A stretch of 62,727 bases of DNA, counting the filler. It is 12 parts of 12 records of this genome, joined end to end, with 100 filler letters (N's around TTAATTAATTAA, not from the genome) between each part and the next. Parts side by side here need not be neighbours in the genome. Positions count along the whole stretch, not along the records: positions 41,367 to 49,881 come from SRR11831586_1621; positions 49,982 to 55,870 come from SRR11831586_1622; positions 55,971 to 58,001 come from SRR11831586_1625; positions 58,102 to 62,727 come from SRR11831586_1641; 8 more parts are not named here. One strand, given 5' to 3'. Of the stretch, positions 48,982-62,500 are shown piece after piece. Each line of letters starts with the position of its first letter. Position 1 is the first letter of the stretch. A program made the position numbers and the translations under genes. The notes beneath the pieces were generated by a model. It saw nothing but the letters and a program-made list of their open reading frames with translations, searched no databases and had not been told where the DNA came from.

Positions 48982-49692
48982 TTATTGGGTTGCAGTAACT
49001 GCTGTAGTCCAGGCCTGATTAAACGCCTGATGCTGTGCCGGTAATGGCGCAATCAGTTTGTTATATTCACTTGCCTGCTGTGAAGTCGGGAACTGGATGC
49101 CATTTGCGACAAAGCTCACCTGAGTACCTTGCTGAGCAATGTAGTCTCCAACCATCACCAGTTGTTGCGTGAAAGTTTGTGCCGCCGGAATCAACGGTTG
49201 CAATGCATCAGCTGGCGTCGTTACCACTTTGGTGAATGCCTGATCAAAGACCGGTTTCAAATCATCGCTCTGTTTTAGCGCAGAGTGCGCAGCATCGGCC
49301 TGCAACTTCGCATTTTGCAGTTGTTGCGCCAGCACACCCAGCGAACCGTTCATTTCACGCAGCGGACCGCTTTGCGTAACGTAATCCTGCGGTACGCGAA
49401 TTGCGTTAACGCTGTCTACAACCGGGCGCAGACCGGAATCCATCGCCTGATTCACCTGCTGAGAATAACCATACAGAATCGCGTAATCAGAGACAAAAGG
49501 ACCAAACTGTTTTTTCTGATCGGCAGTCAGGGTTGGTAGACGTTCACCGCTACGCATCACTGTATTCTGCAGGAAGTCGATAAACGCTTTACGCTGATCG
49601 CCTTCTTTATCAAAACACCCACTCAGGCTAACTACCATTAATAACGCCGCAAGAGGCGCAAACCAGCGAGAGCAGGACTTTCCTGTCGCCAT
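48982..49692 (-). CDS. yiaF: DUF3053 lipoprotein YiaF
   Basis: 236 aa from MATGKSCSRW, lipobox LSGC. Confidence 0.9.
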   Translation of the reverse strand: MATGKSCSRWFAPLAALLMVVSLSGCFDKEGDQRKAFIDFLQNTVMRSGERLPTLTADQKKQFGPFVSDYAILYGYSQQVNQAMDSGLRPVVDSVNAIRVPQDYVTQSGPLREMNGSLGVLAQQLQNAKLQADAAHSALKQSDDLKPVFDQAFTKVVTTPADALQPLIPAAQTFTQQLVMVGDYIAQQGTQVSFVANGIQFPTSQQASEYNKLIAPLPAQHQAFNQAWTTAVTATQ

Positions 49693-50119
49693 TTTCTTAC
49701 TCCTTTCACCCAAAAAAAGCGCACAACGACACACGCGTGTCTGACGTGACAAGGATAGTCCAGGACAGGCTTGCAGGATACCCTTTCTACGTAATCTTCC
49801 TGGTAAAATCATGGAGAAAATGAAACAAGGTTAATTTGTTGTTTCATTGTTAAAAAATGATAGTGCCGTTGCCTTTTTTGTNNNNNNNNNNNNNNNNNNN
49901 NNNNNNNNNNNNNNNNNNNNNNNNNTTAATTAATTAANNNNNNNNNNNNNNNNNNNNNNNNNNNNNNNNNNNNNNNNNNNNTACCGGAATTTTCGTTGAA
50001 AGAAAATTATACAAGGATATACAGAGACGGTCGTGGTTTTTGGAAAATTTGGTCCAGGCGAGTGGCCGAGATAACACTTTGGCGCAACAACATCATCATG
50101 CAGTCTTTCAATTCCAGAG

Positions 50120-52344
50120 ATGGCGAGCTCTGCGGGCCTCTTTGATGCAATTAAACAGCACAAGAATCATACGCTTCAGAGCGTCATTCGAGATGGGGCC
50201 AATGTCAATGTTGCTGATGAGACGTCCAGCACACCGTTGATGCTGGCGTGTGAGTTGGGACATTCCGATTCTGCCCTTATCTTGCTGGTATGCTGTTATG
50301 AAAGCTTCTACTTGACCATTGTGAGTGATGCGCTCTTCAGGAAAACAATGCAGACTGGAGTATGGCGAACGCGGATGGAGACACAGCGCTACACATCGCA
50401 TGCTATAGTCAAAAATCCGATGTTGTGAGGTGCGCTGATGGTGAATCTCGCGACATGTGCATCGTAACCGAGTTCATGTTTCAGAACATTGGTGGAATAT
50501 GGAGTGGATGTAAACGCACAGAACAAGAACGGAAGAAGCGCTCTGCATTGGGCCGCTGCTATGGGACAACTTTCGCTGCTCAACATTCTGTTATCTTCGC
50601 GTATGTTCTTCGCGCGGAAGTGTGCATATGTAGATTGTGTTGCTCACATTGTTCTCTATGTCGTCTCATCCATCAGCGAATGTGGACTGCAACGTACCGA
50701 ACGTGAAAGGAGAAACTGCGCTGCATTGGGCCGTACACTGGAACCGCGATGAAGCAGCTCGATTGTTGCTTGAACACGGCGCAGACCCCACCATCGCAGA
50801 TAGGGCGGGGCACACACCGAAGCAGAACGCTACATCGGCCTCCATGAAGCAGTTGCTGGATGAAGGTACGTGGCGAGTCCATATTGCCATCAACCACAGC
50901 ACACAAACTTTGTACAGTTGATAGTGATGATGATGGTAATGTTCGGGGCTCATGCGAGAGTTTGTGTTTTAGTGAAACCCAAGCCAAAGCCGGTCCGCAC
51001 GCCCCCCGACACCCCTACGCAGCACGACACACATTCCGCGTCGATGATGGCGCACCCAGGAGACTCGGCCCCCTCATCCCCGCTTCTCACCTCTCTCGCA
51101 CTCAATGCAGCCTCCAAAGCATCCTCCCCTGTGTCCACCTCCACCAAGGAGCCATCGTCTGCAAAGGATCCTGAACTGTACTACTACCGAAACATTCTTT
51201 CGGGTATGTCTCCCTCGTCCCGCCGCGGTTCCAGACTCGATGCACTCTCACGGTATGGCTCCTCGCCGGATATGTCGCCGCGCGGAGCCAGCAACGGAAA
51301 CAACATGAACGGGAGTGCGTCCAGCAGCCCTGATTCATCTTCGCTGGTGCGGAGAAACTCTGCGGCGCTGTTCTCGCATATTATGGACCAACGCGCGCCC
51401 CCAACACCTCCCGATCAAGTACATCGTGTTGCGCATAAACTAGCAGCAGGCGCGCCTCCTGTTCGTGGCCCCTATTCGTACCTTGGGGAGCGGTTTGCCA
51501 GTGTTGATACACAGACCGACACGGGGAAGCGGAGCGGGGAAATGGGTGTAGATGCGGATTGCAAGTGGGGTTATGCGAATGCGAGCACACAGGCGGACAC
51601 AGCTAGTTCCCGCGTGCAGAGCGCGTTGGATGGGATGTTAAAGCGGGCGCCCACATCCCCCGCTACTATCATTGCAGGCACTCCGCTGCTGCTCGCAGGT
51701 ACGCGACGAACACATTTGTCCCCCTCGCCAACTACTGTTCCGTATATTCCTCCGAGCGACACTCACCTGCTCTGTTTTCTTTTATGTGTGTGTTTCGTAG
51801 CGCGTCCTGATATGGCGTTCAAGGAGCGGCCGATGCCGGATTCGACTGAGGCCCTCAAACAAATTAGTGCTAACACAGCAGAAAGAATTATTTTTGGTTA
51901 CGCACCGGCGCTAGTCACGTTTCATATACCAGGGAAAACAATTATAACTTCGCACATCCTTCGTCCATCGCAACTTTCTCCCTCTCAGATTGACACTTGC
52001 ATTGACTGTGTTATGTCTGTGTGTGTGCTAGGCGCATGAATATATTGCGGATCTGGAGCGAACTCTGCAAAAACTGACAGAGGCCGTGTGGAGAGATCAC
52101 CCCGCGGAGGCAGCACCACTCACAGACGATGTACGTCCGCGTAATTGAGTGTGAGCTGCTCCGCTTGGTGATTGAGTGTCGTTTGCTTTTTTTTTGAAAG
52201 CGTTTTTTGTTTGCATGTTGTGACACTGCGAATTCGTATGAGTTCTCACGGCTATGTTGTACATGCGCGGTGTAGACTTCCGCTGCTCTGGTGCAGCATA
52301 TCTCAAGTGCGGCGGCCAGAAGAAAAAGCCTTGTTCCCACTTGA
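50120..52344 (+). CDS. Eukaryotic ankyrin-repeat protein with Ser/Pro-rich low-complexity C-terminus; 3' exons tentative
   Basis: Spliced TPLMLACELGH, GDTALHIAC, GRSALHWAA and GETALHWAV repeats; intron 50288-50340 and others. Confidence 0.8.
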
Positions 52345-52663
52345 TTTCTATGACCCTGTACACCTATCTGCATTAGTAAAACCTCTCGCACAGGGTTGGT
52401 GGATTTATTTATATCGCCATGCCAGTGTATGTCGATGAAGCCTTGTCGGAACATCGCAGCGATCGCACACACAGTCCGAATCTGACGGTCCCAGCTATTT
52501 GTACACAATCCAAGCACAGTCAATGTGCACCAGCTGTTGTTCTCCCCCCGAGAGCACACTCCATCGAGAGGGCTATCTTCCCGCGCACTACCACCTACTC
52601 ACCCCGATCAAAATTGATGGGTTTTCCGCAGAGACCACAACCGATAACAGCGCCACCGCACGT

Positions 52664-55646
52664 TCACAGTTCGTCATCGTGTGTGTGCCCCGCGTCCCCG
52701 TCCTGCACTAGCTCGGCCTCCGATGCGACCTGCCGCCAGCGCCCATCTGCGTACTTGCCGCGGTTCGCAACCACAATATGTTGTGGGGCGGAGGAGGCGA
52801 CGTGCAGCTCCCACATGAGTGAGAGCGCGGTCTCGTACTGTGTGACCCAGTGGGCCGTGTCGTAGAGGGGGGACGTGAGCCGCAGCCGGGCAACTTTGGC
52901 TCGCAGCTGAATTTACACACACGTACGCACATCGCGCAACGTATAGGTTAGGATGTACAAGATTATGACAGCGAGCATCGGTAACCCACATCACAGATAA
53001 CCGCACATAGATTGCTACGGGGAACACACACCTGCGACAATTCGGTGGGGTTCAAGGCCAGGCGCACTGCCAGGTCCTCATATTCCTGCGGTGTTTTCAC
53101 AATCGTCTCCTCCGTTCCTGCGACCGATAAGCAGTGAACTCCGCCAAATAAAAACCCAATACAAACACGGCAGAAGCCTCCCACGACAGAAACACATACA
53201 CATACACACACAACATCACGGACCTAGCGCGGCCACCACGGAGGCACATCCTCGCGAGGCCTTGTTCTGCATAGGCATGGTGATCATCGGCACACCCGCC
53301 CACAGCAGGTCGGTGGCGGTGCTGTGTGCGTTATACACAGGGGGGTCCAGCAGAAGATCCGCCAGGGATTTGATGTGGATATGCCGCTCCTGCAATATAT
53401 TCCAACCGCGTAAGGAGAGACGCCCATGAGGCAAGGTACACAAGAAGACGATACCCACATGAAGCTCCCCACACACTCAACAAACACGTGAACACACACA
53501 TGCACATTGCACAGAACAACGCACGCACGAAAAACGCAGAAAACCAACGGTACCTTTGGCAGCAGGTCCGTAAACACAATGCGATCTGCGCTGATGCCCC
53601 TCTGCACGGCCTCTTGATGCAGTTTGGACTCGGCCGCGGGGGGCAGTCGCAAGAGCCACAGCACAGAGTCAGGTACACGAGACAGGATACGCATCCAGAT
53701 ATCGAACGTCTCGGGGTTCACCTGCAGACACAAACAAAACCATCAGGACATTAGGTACACACACCAAGAACGCATATGCTCCGGAGGAGGAAGAACTAAG
53801 GGGAGAGGGTACTGCAAGACGGCAACAAGCGCAGTTTGCAGAAGACCGACAAACCAACTAACAAACACTACTCCCAAACGAATAACTACCCCGCGCCGCT
53901 CGTACCTTGTACAGCTGCGTGAACGATGCGAAGATAAACTTGTTGCGTGGCAGGCCCCACATGGTCCGATTCTGTTCGCTGAGCCTCCCGTCCCGCACCA
54001 CGGCGTACTCAGACTGCCTCTGATCCGTCACAAAATAGCTGTGGGGCATGTACACAAACTTCTCTGTATGGAAAGGGGCGGCCATTGGAGGGCTAGCCAC
54101 GCGGTCTGTGACTATATAAGGCATCCATGAGCTGTTTGCCATGGTGCCGGAGAATCCGAGAAACATTCCCTACACACGCGACATCGCTCACTCAGAACGC
54201 TCACACGGAACAAGCTGCAAAGAAGGAAATGCGAACACATTTCGTCTAGAGCTACAAAAGACACGCCCATACAGCAACAGTCAACACGGGGGAAACACAG
54301 CGAGACATGTACATCCCATACGTCGCACAGCACGCACCTGCAGAGGTGCCGGCTGCGACAAGTACACTTCACTGCGCCCTCCCTCCGTATATCCATTCTG
54401 CACACCACACAAAACATCACGCACAGAGAGAGAGAACAATGATGATCTTGTCAGAGCGAAACAACAGGTGTATCGACCGGCATACACAAATACCAAACAA
54501 CTATCATACAACAAATAAAAGAACAGCATGCGTCCCATCTCACCATGCAAACGGACACACTCATACTAAAGGTTCGTACCAGATTCATCAAGATGTCCGG
54601 TCGTTGCGCGTGCACGCGATGAACGGTGTCCTTGGGGTGTAAGGGACCGAGGTTCTCAAAATGTTCGCATTCACTCTCGATTTTAGTGCGATACGCTGAG
54701 TGGTCTGTGCCCGAAAACGCAAAGCAAAACACCTGTCACCCGAATGAAGCGCAAAAAGGTAAGTACAGACACTAAACAATAGATGATACCCACATGTGAT
54801 ATTTACACCAATCCATGAAGGCTGTGTAAGGTGACAGGATAAAACTATGATACAAGACAAACACATGCACACACATGAATCAAGACACACACACAGAGTT
54901 GCGGGGTATCTTATTGTAAACGCACCTCGAACTTGGAGCGATCATGCAAGCGATACACGTTGGCCATAAGAAAGGAGACAGGGTGTGCGCCAAAGTTACT
55001 GGACGTGTATCTGCACACATTATTTCATGTTGAGCTCAACACCTAGTAAAACATGACACATACGAAACCTACATAACATGGCAGCATAAAACGCAGCGGC
55101 CGATGCCGTAAAACAATATTGTGGTAAGATGAGCGGGTGGATCGGTAACCTACTCATATGACATATGACTTCTGCACAGACACACACAGATACACACAAA
55201 CATACACACAACACACACACAAACACAAACACGAACACACCCCAGACGCAGCCGTCTCCGCTTCGTGATGAATCGTGGAGGGTCATCGTGTGTGTACAGC
55301 GGCATCTCATAGCTGCGCCATTGCTTGTACGTCTGCTCTGCTTGCTATAGAAATGACACACACACACACACACCGCATGAGAACAAACCCAAGGTAGAAC
55401 GTTCACGAAGAAATAGGATGCCCCATAGCGGACGTAGTTGTGTTACACAGCCGTAGAGAATTGATAGAACGAACTGCAGAGTGAGGGAACTATGTAACAA
55501 CGATCAGAAATCATAAAGACAGTATACGGGAAGATATATGAGGTGCGATCGAGTGTGTGTACATACCTTGACCGCGAGCTTGTATAGGAACGGCATACTG
55601 AATGGAAACGTGAGCGCATGCAGTGGCTGCAGTGAGGGGTTCTGGC
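52664..55646 (-). CDS. GT41 O-GlcNAc transferase (OGT/SEC-like) catalytic region, 5'-partial, ending in HDDEL
   Basis: Spliced PSLQPLHA, RLRLG|YTSSNFGAHPVSFLM, DILMNL|NGYTEG, PAPLQ, SFTQLYK|VNPETFDIW, VLWLLRLP and YNAHSTATDLLWAGVPM; last exon 52906-52664. Confidence 0.92.
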
Positions 55647-56191
55647 CTACTCACACACACACACACAACAGACAAGCGTGTGAGAGAACACGATGCGAAC
55701 AGTCTGCGGGCACACACCAAGCAAATACATATTGAAGTACGTCAGCCATCTTGATCACAGAACAAGATGTCCGGACCACACCAGGGTCGCAGAGTCGGCA
55801 ACAACAGCAAACGCCCACCTCTCACACAAACAACAACATTCACCCCGCCCCCGCCTACCCCCCCCACCCCNNNNNNNNNNNNNNNNNNNNNNNNNNNNNN
55901 NNNNNNNNNNNNNNTTAATTAATTAANNNNNNNNNNNNNNNNNNNNNNNNNNNNNNNNNNNNNNNNNNNNGTGGGACCGTGGTTGGGACGGGGGTTGTGC
56001 GTTCAAAGCCGAGCCGTTTGTGTCAGTTAAGGTCATGCTCTGTGAAAGCTGCAAGGGAATGAACGCACACCGTTACTATTATAACCTGTATGATGGGAGA
56101 TTGTCCATTGGTCGATTCCGCACCCAGTGACGTGTGCATGCAACCACACGCACGCGACGCAGAACACACACAGCACAAAACACTCCGTTTC

Positions 56192-58001
56192 TCAGTCTGC
56201 ATGTCCCTTGAGCGGTGGCCTGTAGGTACGAGAGGCACGCCCGGGTCGAGTGACCTTGCTTGAGCCCACATCAGACTGTGGTCGTACATCAAAGCTCTAG
56301 CGCAGCCAACAACCAAACACACGCACACACACACGCGTCAACCCGCGCACACATAGAGAAGACACCAGTTGAAAACAATACACCTTCCTTCCAGGCTATT
56401 TCATGCGGTTGACGAGTCAATACAAACAGACTCACGCAGAGAAAACGCGCGCAGAACAAAAGAATTGCAGGCAGAGATTACCGTGGGGACGGCGTGAATG
56501 TGCGTACCTGCCAGCGCCCTCGCCCGCCAACAACAAGTAAGGAGCCATGGACAGCCACCGTACATGCCCACTCGTCCACAGACTATGCACACGAGGCGGT
56601 GTGAGGGGAGAGAACCGAGAAGGGAAAGAAAAGAGAACCATGGGCAGAAACAACAACAGATAGCATCGAAACATAACGCGCTCTTTCGCCGTCACGCTGG
56701 ATCACAGTAACTCACAGATGCGGACAAACCTACAAAACAAAAAAACAAAGCGAAAAACAGGCTGGCACAGCATCGACGGAGCTTACCGCTTCGAACCCGT
56801 GCTGGTACTCCAGAGTGTTGGGATCGAGAACCAAGACCCACCCCGCCTGCGTCCCTACCACACATTTGTACGGGTCCACAACCACATCAAAGGCCCATGT
56901 GGTGAGGTCCGCACGCCTGCACACACGTGTTAGTTGTCTGTTTTGAGGATGGGTTGTATACCAACAGAGCCACCACGACGGATCAACAGAGTATGTCCCA
57001 TCACGCACAGAGTGAAAGTTGGCGACACAGTAGAACGAGAAAGAAAGCATCCGACGAACAAAACCAAACAAGGTTGAACACACGAACAATGCACACACAA
57101 GACTCTCACCACAACACAGCCGATAATTTGTGCGACGTACTCAGCCACGATGCTGCCTGAAACACGATCCCATTTCCTGACACTGCCGTCATCCGAGGCA
57201 CTGTACAGGAACCCGTTGGCCAGTTGCAGCCGCTTCACCCACCTACACACCGACAACGCACACAGACACACAGACAGAGATAGAGAGATGTACACATACA
57301 GAAACGAGGGATGAGAAAAGTACAGCGTTCAGCAGCACAGATTGATCAAATACAACAGGCAGCGACAGAACAGTGAATAGACAGGACGCGTATTCCCGAC
57401 ACCAGTCGTGGAAGCAAACCCATTAAGGACAGAAAAAGTGCTACTGAAGCAAAACAGCAGTTGAAGTCCTACTAGAGACACAGTGAGACACACAACTCAT
57501 ACACGGACACTCCGCCCCACGTACCCATTGTGACCTGTGAAATACATCCGCATGCGGCCGGCCCGCACATCGTACACACCAATGCGCTTGTCGTCGGAGC
57601 CGGAGAAATCTCGTGCGAATCTGACATCACAATCGTGTTGATATCCCTGCAGCCAAGCATGAGCCATCGACACATAACAACAACACATGGGGCAGAGGGA
57701 GCCTGTATAGACGAAACGAGGCCTGCATGATAGGCCACACACGGCGGCACTGGGATCGAAAGGGACACATGAGTGTCGTACCCAGTGTGAGCCGCGTAAT
57801 TCACAGTGACCTGCTGTGTGCGTAGGTCCACCACATTCACGTCGCGCGATGCGCCACACGTCAGCACGGTGTTAGTGTCGTACTGAGACACACCCATCAC
57901 GCTGGTGCCGGACTGCTTGTGTGCTGCATAGATTGGGCACATGCGGGTAAACATATGGTCAGTGGCTCCCACGGAATTGTCACAAAAGTAAAACAGGCGA
58001 T
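56192..58001 (-). CDS. Eukaryotic WD40-repeat protein, 5'-partial (apparent -1 error at about 57606-57608); 3' end tentative
   Basis: Spliced AHTG|DINTI..FSGSDDKRIGVYDVR, GHNG|WVKRL..LYSASDDGSVRKWD. Confidence 0.75.
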
Positions 58002-58101
58002 NNNNNNNNNNNNNNNNNNNNNNNNNNNNNNNNNNNNNNNNNNNNTTAATTAATTAANNNNNNNNNNNNNNNNNNNNNNNNNNNNNNNNNNNNNNNNNNN
58101 N

Positions 58102-59317
58102 ATATATATATATATACACACACACACACACCGAAGACAGCGAATCCCCACCCCACAAGCGCACACGACAGCATACCAGCGTCCCGCGGCACAGCACGAA
58201 TGAGGGTCATGGGGTCCCACACACAGCGCCGCAGAAGACGGTCCACAGCGTCCTGCGGGTTGCGTGGCATGACCACGGCTACATCCCCTGCTTCGTACCT
58301 GCACCGCACGTCTTCGTGAGTGACAGCCAGCGACAGAGAAGGGTCAAAAAGGAGGAAGATTGAGCAGCAATACGCGGTCCCAGCGGGGAGGGGGACGAGG
58401 TCGACTTGCGCACAAAACCAACGTACACCCGTATCCACACGACAGCGCACACAGCACACCGCAAACCCGCACCGGAACTCTGCGCCCCACGCATCCAGCT
58501 CCATGTGTCGCACGTCCTGGAAGTGGTCCGCCGCCGTCATGCGCACGTTCCGCAGCACGCGCGCCCCAAAGTATCGATGCGGCCCATACGCCTCCGTCAG
58601 TGCACGCACCACCGCCACGCCACCCTCCGCGCCGGGCAACAACACCCGTGTGATGAGGTACCGCGGCTCCGGACACAATGTCTGCACAGTGCTCGGGTCC
58701 ATGGGCTCGCAACCCTCCGGCAGGGGGAACCGGGTGCACAGACGCTCCCACAGGCCCCGCAGCCACGGAATCAGCTCGCCTTCGTACCCGAGCGGGTGCT
58801 GGTCGTTGCCGTCTCCCACTACATAGAAGGTGTCTGCACCCAGGTCCCCCAACCGCTGGTGCAGGCGACGGGCGGCCACGTTGAACTTGAGGTAGGAGGA
58901 GTCACCGAGCCCGAACACGGCTACGGGGAGGCCGTGGAGGAGGGTGGGCGGGAGGGAGCGGCGCAGAAGGGACCGCCAGAAGACCTGCGAGAGGGTTAGT
59001 GGTGAGATTGACTCTTGTGGGATTGGACGAGATGGAGTCAGCGTACTTTCATGTTGTCCGGCACGTCTCCGTGCCCCGTAGTCGAGCATACAAACACCAG
59101 TACTTGATGGTTTGGCAAATCTTCCTGCATTGCCGAGATGGCCTCAGTCACACACAGGACATCAAGTTCGATAACGTACGGGGGTCACATTCTCCAAATC
59201 GAAGATACTTGCATGAAACTGACAGAAACGAGCCTCTCTAGCTAGCCGATCGGCCACTTCGGCCGCATTTCCGGTCTGCGTGCCGAAGAAAATGGAAATG
59301 CGCACTCTCTCCGCCAT
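58102..59317 (-). CDS. NDOR1: NADPH-dependent diflavin oxidoreductase 1 (NDOR1/Tah18), 3'-partial
   Basis: FGTQTGNAAEVA, |..VFVCSTTGHGDVPDNMK|VFWRSLLRRSLP, VFGLGDSSYLKFN, RMTAADHFQDVRH and YEAGDV. Confidence 0.92.
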
Positions 59318-59541
59318 CTTATACGAGCGATCATATAGTCGACTCTCCAATCAGAGCAGTAAATGCGTGGCTAGATGGGAGTGGACTTGAAGAAGGTCAA
59401 GAAAAACCCCAATGTCTGACAGTATAGCTGAGTGTATTATTTTATACCTGACAGTGATTTTTCTGGACGTTCGCCGTTGCATTCCCAACAAAGTCTGAAG
59501 TGCGACCGCACAAGCGCACTTCTGCTTAACCTGGAGCGGAG

Positions 59542-62500
59542 ATGACACAGGTACAGTCTTCTTTTGTGCTAATGCATGGTCTCATTTTTTGATGCAGGAG
59601 AAATCTCATGTCGAGTTTCTGTTCGCCGTGCTTTCGGATGGCGTGGATGACTTGGCTCCGCTGACATCTCTTGTTGCAAGCGGACGAAAACGGTTTGGAG
59701 TTTTAAATCGTACTGATGCGCCAGAGGTGTCATTGGTTCGGGAAAAGCTTGATCAGAAACGAGCACCTCCACCAGCTGAAGCTACTGGCGCAAAGAAACC
59801 AGCTCCTGCCCCTGCGAAAGGTGCCAAGAAGGAGGAAACTGCGGCGCCAATTGTTGGTATGTTCACTCCGAGCTTGCGTTCTCTTGTTTCACACTTCTTT
59901 CGCTTAGACGATGCACCAGCGGACGGTCCGGATTCATATATCCTTCTGGACGGTTTCATCAAATCAGCATCGGATGTAGAGGCTCTTTTTGCGGCCGGTG
60001 TGCGCGTGGATGCGTGCATTTTCATCGGCACATCCCCCTCCCCCTTGTACACTGAGCTGCACAAGCTGAGTCTGTCGCCGCAGTACGGCTCGTTCGCTGT
60101 AGCCCGTGTTCCCCTCGCGGTCGCCGACACCACCCCCACACAGTTGTTCGATGCCGTCGCGGCGCAGCTGTACGCCCTCGTGTACGACTACAAAGTGTAC
60201 CAGGCCTGGCTGCAGGGGGTCCGTCTCACACCGCTGCCCGCGGCCCCCGCCGTCGACACGCGCCTCTACAACCGCTTGCTCGACAGTGTGCCTGCGAGCA
60301 CGCTCTCTGTGCCCTACATGATCCACTGCATGTTTGAGCAGGTCGTGCGGGAACAGGCCCCCGCGGAGGAGCGCGAGACCCGCTATCATGACGAGGACGC
60401 GGCTGCTATTGCGGCCCTGCTGGACGCCTCGCTGGCCAAGCTGCACCCGGACGCAGCCTCCTCACAACCCACAACATCGCCTCTCGCGTCGTCGCAGCAC
60501 CTGGGGGCGGATGTGTCTGCGTCGGTGGGGTCTCCCAGCATGCGGCCGCATCTTGTGCGCCACTTTGATTACCCGGAGCGCAGGTTTGTGGCGGCGGGAC
60601 AGCCTGTGCCTGTGCCCATGGCCCTGTCCGTGCTGGACGTGGAGCGGTCGCTCGAGAGCCGCATTCTGCTGCCGGGACGGTGTGTGGGTGGTGGTTGTGT
60701 CGGTGTATGTGTGTTAGGGGCCAAGGTCGTCTTTATGGCTGTTCGCTGTGGTGTGTCGAAGTCCCATTGATCTCGTAATGTGTCCCACCGTCACACCCAC
60801 CCTACACAAGCACTCACCCTTCTTCCCCTGCAGCGACCGTCGCGGTATGCCTGAGGAACCGCTCAAGCACGAGGACGAACGCGGCACAGAACGCACCGAA
60901 CTGATGCACTTTGCACGCCTGCCCTTCCCCACGCTGCAGCGGGGTCGTCTCTCCCTCAGCGCACAGGCCGTTGCAGGAGGCGCCCCGACCAATGACAGGG
61001 TGTTTTCGGAGGAGCTGAGTGTGCACGAGTTTGTGAGTGTGTTCACAGAGGCGCTGCACACGGAATCGCGCATTCGCACCTCGTATGTTTGTTGTTGTAG
61101 TGGTGGTGGTATTTCGGTGGGGCGTGTTGCGATGCACAGTTATGTATTCACGTGTGTGTTTCTCTCGCTTTCCCGTGTGGTGTCGTACGATGTCGGTCCT
61201 CTCTGGTGTTGACGTGATTGCGGCAGGTACGTCCCGGAGGAGGACTCACTGCTTGTGGGTCTGACAACCAATGTTCCCAAGTCCAGACGCCGTGTCCGAC
61301 GCATGGATATCGATGTATGTCTCGTGTATATGTAGATAGTGATATTCACATGTGTCGTACAAGTTTGTTGCTGTGTGTCAGCCGTGCGTGTGCGTATGTT
61401 CTTCTTCTTGCGGTCTCATCACCCGTCCGTAACAGGTACCCGTGGATCGAGGCTTTGCTAGTTGGCGTGAGGAACACGGCCCCACCGTGTCTGAGTATGT
61501 CGCAAAGGAGATTAAAGCAGCTACCCCGGCACCACATCCTCCCGCGTCCGTGTCAGCACCGCCGGAAGAGCAGAAGAAACCGGAGGGGAAACCAGGGTAC
61601 GCAGGGATCGCATGATTGCTGCTGTGTGTGGAGTGTTATCGAGATGTCTGTGTGCGGTAGCTGTGGGGACGTGTAGTGCAGATCTCAACGAGCCGGTGCT
61701 TGTGTATGTGTACAGGGCCAAGCCTAAGGAGGCGCCCGCACCGGCTCCGGTGGTGGAAACCAAACCTGTTGCACCGCCCCCGCCTCCTCCCAGTCAGACA
61801 GCGCAGCAGCTGCCTCAAGCGCCGCCGTATATGTACAAATCGAGATCGACGCTGCCTGATGTGAAGCAGCGTGTGTTGTTCCCCTTTGATGGTGCCGTTG
61901 TGCGCACGTTCAACACGGAGGAGGGTATGCGTGCTGTGGATTATCTCTGTCTCCGCGCACCCACATGTCGTTGTAAACAGGCAGAATCTGTTTGTGCGCA
62001 TAGGATCGTTGCTTGGTCACATAGGCGTATCTGCGTGTTGGTGTTGTGTTGGCGGTCACTTCGAACGCGATAGTATACGTAATAATCATCTGTGTGTGCA
62101 GGTGTGCGTGCTGTTGTGGCTGTGGACAGCCTTACCTTTGGACTGCGCTCTGTCTCTGGAGGCGAACACGTGTTTAGTGTTTCGTTTATGGATAACGCAG
62201 CGGGCCAGTGTGTGTCTGAGGTGGAGCGTGTCGACAGTGCCTTGCGTGCTCTGGTGTCGTTGCCCTCCGGTCTGACTGTGGAGGTACGCAATCATTTTAT
62301 GTGTGTGTGTGTCTTTACGCTAAGTGTCAGATGTGACTTCGGGTGCGTGCATGCATGTGCGTTCTCTGCGTTTTCGTCCTCGTGCTTGGTTCCTCGCTCC
62401 CTTCCTTCGGAGCTGCTTCGTATTATTGTTGCTGTACTCTTGTCGTTCGATCTTATCTGATGGAAAATCATTCAGAACTCCTCTGCTGGTTACGTGCAAA

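Noticed and set aside
53091-57972. Many short Cys/Val-rich or His/Thr-rich ORFs in eukaryotic contigs
   Set aside because: They are translations of intronic (TG)n/(CA)n repeats.
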